Made by a program: the position numbers and the translations under genes
Shown here: positions 9,266-18,163 of the stretch, piece after piece
How positions within the stretch are numbered: the stretch's first letter is position 1
How the letters are laid out: each line of letters opens with the position of its first letter
The notes under the pieces: model-generated
The model's input: the letters and a program-made list of their open reading frames with translations, nothing else
The model's database searches: none
What the model was told of the DNA's origin: nothing
Source of the DNA: Calditrichia bacterium
GTDB taxonomy: Bacteria > Calditrichota > Calditrichia > RBG-13-44-9
Direction of reading: 5' to 3'
Assembly (NCBI GenBank): GCA_037381445.1
Contig: JARRQT010000057.1
Coordinates: 1-22,892 of the forward strand
Length of the DNA: 22,892 bases

Positions 9266-9700
9266 AATACCTCCATAATCATTTGAATTCTCCACATCTG
9301 AATGCCTGTCTCATCGCAAAATATTCGGCGGCGGACTATCGTGATAACTTCCATAATTCTGATGCAGGTTTTTCAATACCGTTACAATTCCTCGAAAATT
9401 GAGATCCTGAGCCTGGTGGATTGGAGGAGAACTGGAAAACATTTCTCAGTTTCGCAATGAAACTGAAGGTTCAACCGTTGTCTTTTATAAGTTCGATACG
9501 GATTCCGGAAGCGGCTGCGCTTGTATTTTAATTCGTTTGACCAAATGAATTAATCTAAAACCGAACCTCAGAAACCGATGAGGGAAGATTCCAACACTGT
9601 GACCAACAGATTAAACAGATCCTTCAGTTTGATACCAGAAGATTGCAAAACGCTGGTAATTTTATCTTTGCTAAAACATGCAAAATGGCCCGCAAGCATA

Positions 9701-11902
9701 TTAATCCAATTGCAGCAGTTTTGAAGATGAAGTGCGTTTTTGGGTATTCATATCAGTTACTTCAACATGAAATTCATATGTTCCGGACGGTAATTTGGAA
9801 ACATCAAAGGAGAGAATCACAGGTTCGTTTCTGTTACCGAACTCCATCTCATTGACGATGGCCACCATGGTCTGGGACTGCTTATTGCTTTTGAACGGAT
9901 TGATTACATTAAGCAATGCGCTCAAATTCTTTCCGGTTTGGTATTCTTTTATTCGGTATTCCACCTGGCAGCGGCCTGTTAGTCCTGATGTCTGCGCAAT
10001 ATTATAAAGCTCAAAATAACAAAACAGGGGTTTCAGTTTGTCGAAGTGCCGCGCCGGCAGCGGCTGTATATAAAAACCATTGCGGCAATATATAGAGTCA
10101 TCTCTTTCAGCTTTCGGATGAATCTCCGGGGACAGCAGCAGATCGCTCATCATCAGATTATTTGCCGGGCGGGAGACAACAACGTCCTTCTGCACAATTC
10201 TGAATTTTTCGGAGGCATTATTTTTCAATTCGAAATATACCGAATTCTTACCCAGCGCCAGCGGCACTGAAGTTTTGTGGACATAATATTTCGCAAAATC
10301 TTTATCCTTAGAGACGAAAGAAAGTGTTTCTGCGTATTTGTTTCGCTGCAGTCGGTTATCCGACGGAGCGACCACAACGTCCTGGAGCAATTCGCCCAGA
10401 TAGTGATCCTCCTTGAAATTGAAAGCAAGCTGATTCAATTGCAGGCCATAAAACACATCAAGAAACCACCGGGATCCTTGATCATCAAAATACCGGAAAC
10501 TATCAAAATCATAATTCAGGTCCTTCCCTCCCAGGTCCACATTGTAGGTAGAGATGGGCAGTTTGCTGGTTTTGGACCATTCGGCGGAAGCGTAGCGGTT
10601 CACTGCATTTCTGGCATCGGTCAGGTTACCAACCACGCTGCTTGTGTTCAAATTTTGCAGGGCCATATGAATCTTGAAATAATAATTCGAAAGATGGGCG
10701 CGGCTCGAATAGATTTTTTCCAATTCTGGCAAGGCCATATTTACCGCTGGATTAGCCAGCGCATCGAACAAGTCCCTGGTCAGAACGTATTCCGATCCCT
10801 TTTCAACGAAATCAAAATTATAACGGTCATCACCGATTTTATAAACCCAGGACTCATTTTCCAGCACAAAACCTTCCTCTGAATGGGAACGATAATAATC
10901 ATCCGGCGGGCCGTAACGAACGTAAATCTTGCCCCGGTCATCATAGCCGGTTGAGGTGCCCCCGGCATAATGATCCCGGGCATATTCCAGCCGTTTATAA
11001 TGCTCCACCAATCTTTCATTTATCTCAGTAACCGGAAGCGGATCGCGAACCTGCCAGAATCTGACAAAGAAATCGCCAGTGATTTTTTCAGTGGAGACTT
11101 CCCGTTTTTCCTCTTCGGTCATAATATCGACTACATCTTCAAATAAACGGCGCGACCATTGGGTATCATGAAGTGTGGCGCATCCCCTGAGATAATATTT
11201 GGAGAACAATTCGTATTCCCCGCGATTGAAGTAAATGAAAGCCAGCGACAAATTCGCTTCTGAATAATACGGCTGCCTGTTTAACAGTTTTTTTAGTCTT
11301 TGAATTGCACTGGCTTCATCGCCCATTTGAATCTGGCAGCGTGCCAGGTAATAGTCTATATCAGGATTCCCGGGGTATTTCAGGACCAGCTTTTCCAGAC
11401 TGTTTCTTGCCAGAACCAAATCATCATCACTTCCTGAGGCCATCAATGCACGGCTGTAATTAATCCGGGCATCCGGGTAACCCGGATTGAGGCGCATGGC
11501 ACGCTGGAACAGCTCCCTGGCCTTTTCCAGATCATCCGTGGCAAAAAGCTTTTTGGCGATCTTTACGATTCCTCTGTCACTACCATATTTATAAAGATGA
11601 TAAAGCCCGATTCCGTTGTAAACCAGGAATCTCTTATCCTGATACGGCAACAGCGCATTAAATATCTCTTTTGCCTCGGAGAGAGAATCCATGGCCAGAC
11701 AGGCATGTCCCAGCAAAAGCTGAGAGTAAAAGTAAAGAGAATCTTCTGAGGGGATCGTTCGGGCAAATTGTGCGGCCGAGTCGAATTTGGCCTGTTGGAA
11801 ATACTGAACGGCTTTATTGTAATCGTTCCATTCCGCCTGACTATAACCAATTGCTGTCAATAGCATGAGGAATGCGGCAAATGATACAAATGAAATTTTC
11901 AT
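9701..11902 (-). CDS. Exported TPR + GWxTD-domain protein with C-terminal Ig-like domains
   Basis: Signal peptide and TPR-like helices, then FWQVRDPLPVTEINERLVEHYKRLEYARDHY...TGYDDRGKIYVRYGPPD...ESWVY (GWxTD domain, variant motif), then MSDLLL...YFELYN...LPSGTYEFHVEVTD. Confidence 0.88.
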   Translation of the reverse strand: MKISFVSFAAFLMLLTAIGYSQAEWNDYNKAVQYFQQAKFDSAAQFARTIPSEDSLYFYSQLLLGHACLAMDSLSEAKEIFNALLPYQDKRFLVYNGIGLYHLYKYGSDRGIVKIAKKLFATDDLEKARELFQRAMRLNPGYPDARINYSRALMASGSDDDLVLARNSLEKLVLKYPGNPDIDYYLARCQIQMGDEASAIQRLKKLLNRQPYYSEANLSLAFIYFNRGEYELFSKYYLRGCATLHDTQWSRRLFEDVVDIMTEEEKREVSTEKITGDFFVRFWQVRDPLPVTEINERLVEHYKRLEYARDHYAGGTSTGYDDRGKIYVRYGPPDDYYRSHSEEGFVLENESWVYKIGDDRYNFDFVEKGSEYVLTRDLFDALANPAVNMALPELEKIYSSRAHLSNYYFKIHMALQNLNTSSVVGNLTDARNAVNRYASAEWSKTSKLPISTYNVDLGGKDLNYDFDSFRYFDDQGSRWFLDVFYGLQLNQLAFNFKEDHYLGELLQDVVVAPSDNRLQRNKYAETLSFVSKDKDFAKYYVHKTSVPLALGKNSVYFELKNNASEKFRIVQKDVVVSRPANNLMMSDLLLSPEIHPKAERDDSIYCRNGFYIQPLPARHFDKLKPLFCYFELYNIAQTSGLTGRCQVEYRIKEYQTGKNLSALLNVINPFKSNKQSQTMVAIVNEMEFGNRNEPVILSFDVSKLPSGTYEFHVEVTDMNTQKRTSSSKLLQLD

Positions 11903-12100
11903 CTTAAAACACTTCGAAAGTCTGAAACAATACCTTTAATTGTTCCAATTAATATATTTTTTGCCGGAAGTTCAAGCCTGAAATAAATTAGTGATGTGAA
12001 TATTTCCAAAAGACACCTGGATCAAATAAATTTTAAAGGATGGTTTTAAGGAATGGAATCTTCCCGGAATTAATTGCCCCAATGCAGCGTCCGGTTTACA

Positions 12101-12133
12101 GAAAAGGGCCGGAATAGAACATATCCCGGCCCC
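12101..12133 (-). terminator. Rho-independent terminator downstream of the M6 protease gene
   Basis: Minus strand reads GGGCCGGGATA-TGTTC-TATTCCGGCCC-TTTTC, about 25 nt after the stop. Confidence 0.8.
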
Positions 12134-12158
12134 GGTTTACCGATTCTAAACCAGCTTA

Positions 12159-14807
12159 TTATTTCATTAAAATCATTTTCTTGATTTGCTGCATCTTATC
12201 GGCTTTTAGCCGGTAGTAATACACACCGCTGCCGACCTGATTCCCATAGGCATTTCTTCCGTTCCACCTGATCTCATTCCATCCGTCCCTAATCGAAGAT
12301 CCATCGTATTGACGGACAACCTCACCCAGGTTATTATAAATAATCAGCGAGGTATTGTGATGCCCGGAGGGAATGAAAAACCGGATGGATGTCTCCGGAT
12401 TGAACGGATTCGGATAGTTCTGCGATAAAACAAATCCGGCAGGAAGCGCTTTGGGAGAAGATGAAGCAATGTTTGTGGGGGTATTAAACCAGCTCATCAA
12501 TTCATTAAACAGGTCCGAGGCGCTCACCGGACTGCTATAATCAATATCCCCGAAATCGAAAGACATATAGGCAACTTTATTATTGTTTTCATCTTCGTAA
12601 TGGGTGACGCCGCCGTTCGGCGTACCAATAAATTTAATGGATGCTACCGAATTGCCAACCGGGGAAACCGCTTCGCGGGTCCCTTTCTTCAGATTAATCC
12701 TGCCGCCGTCTATACCCAAAGGATCTCCGCTGGTACCCAGCAGGAAAATGGACGAGCTCTGTCCGGCATACTGAATTCCCAATACGTCCTTTGCGAAAGC
12801 GGAGGTATCCAAAGTGGAAGCAGCGCCGGATGCCACAACCAGCAGCCCCCGATTTCCGGTCAGCCAATTTGCCAGACTATCCTGAAGCGAACTATCCGAC
12901 AGCGCATCCCCGTTCATTCCGCCGACTATGGCAATATTTTCCCGCTGCCCATAGCGGAGCGTTTGATTCGAATCGGCTATAGAATTTGTAATCTGATAGG
13001 CGTAATTGTTTTCTTCCAAGAGCTGGCGGAAATTATTTATATAATAATTGTTTTGATCCCTGTTAATAACCAGCAGGTGCGGAACGCCAATCACAAAATC
13101 TATTACCTGATCTTTTTCATAACCATCAGACGTGGTCAAATGAAGATTTAGTTTTGCAGTATGAGCCATTGCCTCCGGCCTGATATTCAGCGAAAAAGCG
13201 TTATCTGAATTGTCGGCCGAGGTATCGGATGCAATATTGCCAAAGCCCACCGACGGATTTTCCACAGTAATATCCTGCGAAAGGGAAGTCAATTCCACAT
13301 TCATATCATTGGCCTGGTATGAAGTATTATTCTTTATTTTTACCCAAAAATTTACCTGTTCCCCCGGTTCATACAGGCCGTCACTATTGCCGGTCTCTTC
13401 AAAATTCATCTGGGCTATTTCGTACCGGATCATCCCGACCTTTAAATCGGCATAAACAGTTCCATCTTTCACAAAAATATTGCGCACTGCCACCTTTGTA
13501 TCGGCAAGGTTATACGCCCGGCTGTCCGGTGTTGAATAATAGTCAAAAACAGTGTTTTCGGTCAGCCCGGGAAAGGGATCACCGGCGTCGCCGCTGCTCT
13601 GATTGTAGTCCAGTTGGTCCAGACCATCCGCCTCTTCCAAATCTACCAGTTTGTGTGTTTCGTTTGAATTCCGATTAATCGAATTATCCACGTGCCAGAT
13701 CAACATGCCGGTGCCATGCAGATTTTTATCTGATCCTATTTTCTGGCGGTTCTCCAGAAGAAAATATTGATTCAGTGGATCACCCTCATACCATAATTTG
13801 AGGACATCGGGATGATCTTCAACTGAGGCTAATTGAACAAAATCCTCATCTTCCCTTATCACTCTTGGGGTCAGCCAGCCCATTTGTTCCTTGCTCCAGG
13901 CACAAAACTGAGAAGGAGAAGACGGGGTATTCCAGGATCCACCCCCCATAAGCCCCCAATCGCCGATGCCTTCGGAGGAGTAATCCGTATCGTACAGATC
14001 CGGCAATCCGATGGCGTGTCCGAATTCATGGCAGAAGACGCCGATGGAAATCAATGTTCCGTCAAAGTTTATGGCAGGCTGGATAATATAATGAATAATT
14101 TTTACGGTAAGCCCGTTACCATTCACATCATTTGTTACATACGGCTCGGAGAGATTACTGGAGTGGGACCAGATGTGGTTTTGAGGAGAGCTGGAGCCAA
14201 AATTCTCCTGCCCCAAACCGGAATGAACAATAATGATGGATTCGACCACACCATCCCCGTCATTGTCATAGTCAGCGAAATTGACATCCGCATCAACCGA
14301 GTCGATTAACTCCCTGACAAAACGCTGGGCATATCCGCCCATGCCATAGGTTCCATCGGGACCGGTATATAAGGACTCCGGTTCGGCGGCCTGAATCCAT
14401 CCATATACAGTGCCTGTTACCTCGAACTGATTATAGGAATTTTCCAGATAGTATTCCCGCATGGTGCTGGTCGGCCAGGGGCCGTCGAAAAGTTCTTTCT
14501 GCAGCTCCTGCGGGGCATCATCCTGTACCATTGTGGCATCACTATACTTGCCCATCAGTACCGGAAATTTATAGCTGAGCATATCAGCAGCCTTATTCAA
14601 ATATTGACCTCCGCTCTCCATCATTCTTTTTGATTCGGCCCATTTTTGCATAATTCTGGCTAAATTCCCCTGAGGATAGAGCGCCTGCATCCGTTCGGTG
14701 TGCTCTTTGACTTTAGCAGGGAGAGCTCCGCCGTTTCTGGGAGGAATTGTTGCGTTTGCGCTTAAAACAAAAATCAAAGACAGGAATATCGTCAACAGAC
14801 CTTTCAT
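12159..14807 (-). CDS. Secreted M6-family (immune inhibitor A-like) zinc metalloprotease with FlgD-Ig/T9SS type-A C-terminal domain
   Basis: Signal peptide, TMREYYLENSY, DYDNDGDG, HIWSH, GVFCHEFGHAIGLPDLYD (HExxH...D), Met-turn WGLMGGGSW, AWSKEQMGW, YFLLENRQ. CTD QNYPNPFNP...WNGRN...SGVYYYRL...KKMILMK. Confidence 0.95.
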   Translation of the reverse strand: MKGLLTIFLSLIFVLSANATIPPRNGGALPAKVKEHTERMQALYPQGNLARIMQKWAESKRMMESGGQYLNKAADMLSYKFPVLMGKYSDATMVQDDAPQELQKELFDGPWPTSTMREYYLENSYNQFEVTGTVYGWIQAAEPESLYTGPDGTYGMGGYAQRFVRELIDSVDADVNFADYDNDGDGVVESIIIVHSGLGQENFGSSSPQNHIWSHSSNLSEPYVTNDVNGNGLTVKIIHYIIQPAINFDGTLISIGVFCHEFGHAIGLPDLYDTDYSSEGIGDWGLMGGGSWNTPSSPSQFCAWSKEQMGWLTPRVIREDEDFVQLASVEDHPDVLKLWYEGDPLNQYFLLENRQKIGSDKNLHGTGMLIWHVDNSINRNSNETHKLVDLEEADGLDQLDYNQSSGDAGDPFPGLTENTVFDYYSTPDSRAYNLADTKVAVRNIFVKDGTVYADLKVGMIRYEIAQMNFEETGNSDGLYEPGEQVNFWVKIKNNTSYQANDMNVELTSLSQDITVENPSVGFGNIASDTSADNSDNAFSLNIRPEAMAHTAKLNLHLTTSDGYEKDQVIDFVIGVPHLLVINRDQNNYYINNFRQLLEENNYAYQITNSIADSNQTLRYGQRENIAIVGGMNGDALSDSSLQDSLANWLTGNRGLLVVASGAASTLDTSAFAKDVLGIQYAGQSSSIFLLGTSGDPLGIDGGRINLKKGTREAVSPVGNSVASIKFIGTPNGGVTHYEDENNNKVAYMSFDFGDIDYSSPVSASDLFNELMSWFNTPTNIASSSPKALPAGFVLSQNYPNPFNPETSIRFFIPSGHHNTSLIIYNNLGEVVRQYDGSSIRDGWNEIRWNGRNAYGNQVGSGVYYYRLKADKMQQIKKMILMK

Positions 14808-14820
14808 AATGAATGCTCCT

Positions 14821-14862
14821 GAAAAATAAGAGAACCAGGATTTTTGTTATCCTGGTTCTCTT
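14821..14862 (-). terminator. 14-bp perfect stem-loop inside the operon (attenuating terminator or 3' stabiliser)
   Basis: AAGAGAACCAGGAT (14828-14841) and ATCCTGGTTCTCTT (14849-14862), 7-nt loop, followed on the minus strand by ATTTTTC and then the protease RBS. Confidence 0.72.
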
Positions 14863-14883
14863 TGGTGAATATTAAAGATGAAA

Positions 14884-17022
14884 TTACTTCATCAAAATCA
14901 TTTTGCGTGATTCGGCGAAGTTGCCGGCATTTATCTTATAGATATAGATACCACTGGCGACTTTCACACCCCGGTCATTGGTGCCATCCCAGGTTACGCG
15001 ATAGCTTTTTGCAGCCTGCGAACTGTTCACCAATGTTTTTACCTTTTCGCCCAACAAATTGTAGACATTCAGCGTGACATTCGATTTTTCAGGAAGCGTG
15101 TATTCAATCGTGGTAATCGGGTTGAAAGGATTCGGATAGTTTGCTTTCAGTTCATAGCTCATGTTTGCCTTGGGTGCCACATCGCCGATTGCCGTAAAAG
15201 TATTAATATAATTAACGCCATTCTCCAGCAATGCATAGGCATCCGGCAGAATCAGCGGATCACCGACATCATTGGTATCGGCCACTGCACTCAGGTCAAA
15301 CGGCAGGTAGACTGTGGCGCCGCCGAAGCTGTTGACGTTCCGTACGCCCATTCCGCTTCCGCTGATAGTTCCGATAAAGACGGTTGCCGCATTCGAATTG
15401 GATGCGTCGGCGTTCGCATAATCGGTCCAGTTGGTTCCGCCAAGAAAGGCATCAAAATTGAGCTTCAATAAATTGGCTGCCCATGTGCCGCTGACCGGAT
15501 CATTTTCTATTCCGATCATCTGATTATCGGCATTGCTGTTTCCGGCATCATCGGTAGGATCGCTGACAACGTCACCTGCACCAAAAACATCGTACAGGAA
15601 ATCACCCGGCTGGGCTGTATAGGCACCGCCAACTCCATTGGAATATAAATAATCGGGAGAAGCCAGGAATAAAGGTTTTCCGCTTTCCACAAAATCTTTC
15701 CATACGGAGTTGGAATAATCCCCGACAGGAACACTGCTAACACCAAAGCCAAGAATAACCGCCTGTTTGAAGGAAGTATAGTCGACCACCGATTTGTCGA
15801 TTCCATTGTGGGCACTTACATTCCAGACTTCATAACCTTTATTTAATTTGCGGCTAAGGACTGAATCCACCACTTCATTATAGAATTCCGGGGCGGCGGC
15901 CAGGTCCTGATAGACGACCAGAACTTCGGCGGCAGGATTCTGCGGCTCCAGGACCAGGAAGGAACGCGCTTCGCCATTAATGGATTTCCCATCGTTATCG
16001 GTGGCTTGCACCCAATAGGTAACGGTATCGCCAGGTGCATAGCTGCCTGGGATATCATAGTAGTAAATATCCAGGTTTGACGAAGTTTCCGCCACCGACT
16101 GAGGCGTTTCGCTGTTTTTCTGATAATAGAGCTCGGTTGAGGTGATGGTGCCATCAATATCCTGGATTTGCGCCAGAACAGACTTGAATCCGCTGGTGTT
16201 CCAGGTATCATTCAATTGTGACATTCCCAATACAAAAGGGCTGGTCCCGTTATAATAATTTACAACCACCTGCATGGTCCACTGTGCCCAGTAAGAATAA
16301 TTGGGAGCGGTGCCATACACAATTGAATACCAGTTTCCATCCCCGCCACTCGTGAATCTGCTGTGGCGTATGGGGGTTCCGCCGTAAGGATAAGTATTGT
16401 TGTAGTCAAAAAATACACCCGGTGCCCCCACTGTGGGATCAGAAGCATCCACAGTTGCAACATAGCCAACTACAAAAAAGGGTCGGTTATCCGGATTTGG
16501 ATCGGTGCTTGAGGGTAATTCAAGATTATCCCCTGAAAAATCAATTTCATCCCATGCCATTTCACTGGCGGATGTGCCTGTTACATCCCAGGTCTTGGTA
16601 GCCAGAACATCGCCGGGGTAGCGGGATGCGCCATCATCTGATCCCTTCCAAACGAATGTTTCAGCGGATCCGCCGGTGCTGAACAATCCCCTGATCATGA
16701 CCAACTGCGCCGGATCGGGAATAAGTTTGTAATCCTGAATGACTGTATCTCCAGGCGCCAAAAAATCTGCCAGGCTGCCATTTGTCATGTAAGGCTCATA
16801 ATACCAGTACATGGTATCGATGACCGACGTGGCAGCCGGGGAATTGCTCACCGTCAGATTATGCTGGACATTATTATCGGAGTACCGATATTTGGTTTCC
16901 GAAATCTTGCTCAATTTCGTCTGTGGAACCATTTGCACCTTGTCAGCTACTTTGGCATTCACCGCCGAAAATGCGCCAACCAGTACAAAAATCAACACTA
17001 ACACTGTCGCTTTTTTTAACAT
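14884..17022 (-). CDS. Secreted protein of unknown function with FlgD-Ig/T9SS type-A C-terminal domain
   Basis: Signal peptide from MLKKATVLVLIF (ATG 17022, GGAGA RBS). Ig-like segment ...GDTVTYWVQATDNDG, an alpha/beta domain, and CTD NYPNPFNPITTIEY...WDGTNDRG...SGIYIYKI...RKMILMK. No catalytic motif recognised. Confidence 0.85.
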   Translation of the reverse strand: MLKKATVLVLIFVLVGAFSAVNAKVADKVQMVPQTKLSKISETKYRYSDNNVQHNLTVSNSPAATSVIDTMYWYYEPYMTNGSLADFLAPGDTVIQDYKLIPDPAQLVMIRGLFSTGGSAETFVWKGSDDGASRYPGDVLATKTWDVTGTSASEMAWDEIDFSGDNLELPSSTDPNPDNRPFFVVGYVATVDASDPTVGAPGVFFDYNNTYPYGGTPIRHSRFTSGGDGNWYSIVYGTAPNYSYWAQWTMQVVVNYYNGTSPFVLGMSQLNDTWNTSGFKSVLAQIQDIDGTITSTELYYQKNSETPQSVAETSSNLDIYYYDIPGSYAPGDTVTYWVQATDNDGKSINGEARSFLVLEPQNPAAEVLVVYQDLAAAPEFYNEVVDSVLSRKLNKGYEVWNVSAHNGIDKSVVDYTSFKQAVILGFGVSSVPVGDYSNSVWKDFVESGKPLFLASPDYLYSNGVGGAYTAQPGDFLYDVFGAGDVVSDPTDDAGNSNADNQMIGIENDPVSGTWAANLLKLNFDAFLGGTNWTDYANADASNSNAATVFIGTISGSGMGVRNVNSFGGATVYLPFDLSAVADTNDVGDPLILPDAYALLENGVNYINTFTAIGDVAPKANMSYELKANYPNPFNPITTIEYTLPEKSNVTLNVYNLLGEKVKTLVNSSQAAKSYRVTWDGTNDRGVKVASGIYIYKINAGNFAESRKMILMK

Positions 17023-17095
17023 TTGACTTCTCCATCCTATAGTTAAACGGTATAAGTTAATTAGATCCCTAAAAATTGGAGCAGTAAGCAGCAAC

Positions 17096-17107
17096 CACCT
17101 CCTTTCT
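17096..17107 (-). promoter_or_regulatory. Extended Shine-Dalgarno-like sequence without a properly spaced start codon
   Basis: Minus strand AGAAAGGAGGTG lies about 75 nt upstream of ATG 17022. The nearest TTG (17094) is only 1 nt downstream. Confidence 0.45.
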
Positions 17108-17122
17108 GCAACGCATCATTCT

Positions 17123-18139
17123 TTAAAAAATGAATCCCAGTGTGAATCTTGATATATTTGAAAGATATTTATGCTGTTCAAAAGCATAATTAAGCATCAG
17201 GCTGGTTGTCCCCATTTTCAGATGGGCGCCCGCCCCGAATGTGAATTGAATCTGATTGATGCCGCCATTCTCATAACCATTATCGGCGAGACCGGCATGT
17301 CCGCCGCGAATGAAGTAGCTGTCCTTGTAGCTGTATTCAACACCGACGGCCAGATTCTCACTCTGGTCATTGGGATTTAACCCATCAGCGAGAAAGGTCA
17401 ACCGGTGGTCTGCACTTTTTATCGCATCATAAGCAAGCCCCACCCGGAAGGTCAGCGGCAACTGAAACAGCTCGGATTGATATTTAGCATTGACATCCGT
17501 GGCCTGTGACGAATTGTCACCTTTAGTGGTTTCAAATTCCAGTGCCTGCCCGTCATATCTCAAATCGGGTCCGAAATTATTGATGGCAAAACCGATGCGG
17601 ATATTTTTGACGCCGGTATTGTAGGTCGCCCCGGCATCAAACGCAATTCCCTTGGCCTGCACATCGGCCAGATTCATAATCAGGTATTTGAATGTGACAC
17701 CGGCGGAAAACTTGTCGGTCATTTTCCGCGCATAAGAGAAATTAAAAGAATAATCATTTGCGGAATAGGTCTCGCCGGTCCCCTGCGGCTCCGACAGCGT
17801 GGTTCTTTCAATATCTCCGGAAAGGAGTGCGCTCATACTGATGGCAACGGCTCCATTCTCAATGGGAATGCCGAAACCGGCATTTTCCAGGGACAAATCC
17901 GCAAAAAAGGCGGAATGGGTGAAGGCAACCTCATTTTGGCCCATGGTCGCCAAACCGGCCGGATTGATATACACGGTCTCCAATCCCTGTGCAAAGGCCA
18001 CATAGGCACCGCCCAGAGCGGCAGGGCGGCCGCCGCCCCCCATCTGCAGGAATTGTGCACCGGAGGTTCCTGTTCCCGCCCACACCAACGAAGCGAACAG
18101 CAAACTAAAAAAGTATATAAAATTTAGAAGACGTTTCAT
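17123..18139 (-). CDS. PorV/PorQ-family (UPF0164-like) outer-membrane beta-barrel
   Basis: GTSGAQFLQMGGGGRPAALGGAY...YINPAGLA N-terminal signature, TDKFSAGVTFKY, AFDAG, NFGP, LPLTFRVG, terminal Phe (FTLGFIF). AGGAGG RBS. Confidence 0.9.
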   Translation of the reverse strand: MKRLLNFIYFFSLLFASLVWAGTGTSGAQFLQMGGGGRPAALGGAYVAFAQGLETVYINPAGLATMGQNEVAFTHSAFFADLSLENAGFGIPIENGAVAISMSALLSGDIERTTLSEPQGTGETYSANDYSFNFSYARKMTDKFSAGVTFKYLIMNLADVQAKGIAFDAGATYNTGVKNIRIGFAINNFGPDLRYDGQALEFETTKGDNSSQATDVNAKYQSELFQLPLTFRVGLAYDAIKSADHRLTFLADGLNPNDQSENLAVGVEYSYKDSYFIRGGHAGLADNGYENGGINQIQFTFGAGAHLKMGTTSLMLNYAFEQHKYLSNISRFTLGFIF

Positions 18140-18163
18140 TCTTTCCTCCTAAGATACGAATTA

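Noticed and set aside
12091..12140. CCGGTTTAC direct repeat around the hairpin as a MITE with target-site duplication
   Set aside because: The element would be about 32 bp, and the hairpin is fully explained as a terminator.
17023..17094. 24-aa N-terminal extension of the CTD protein
   Set aside because: The signal peptide and a well-spaced RBS point to ATG 17022.
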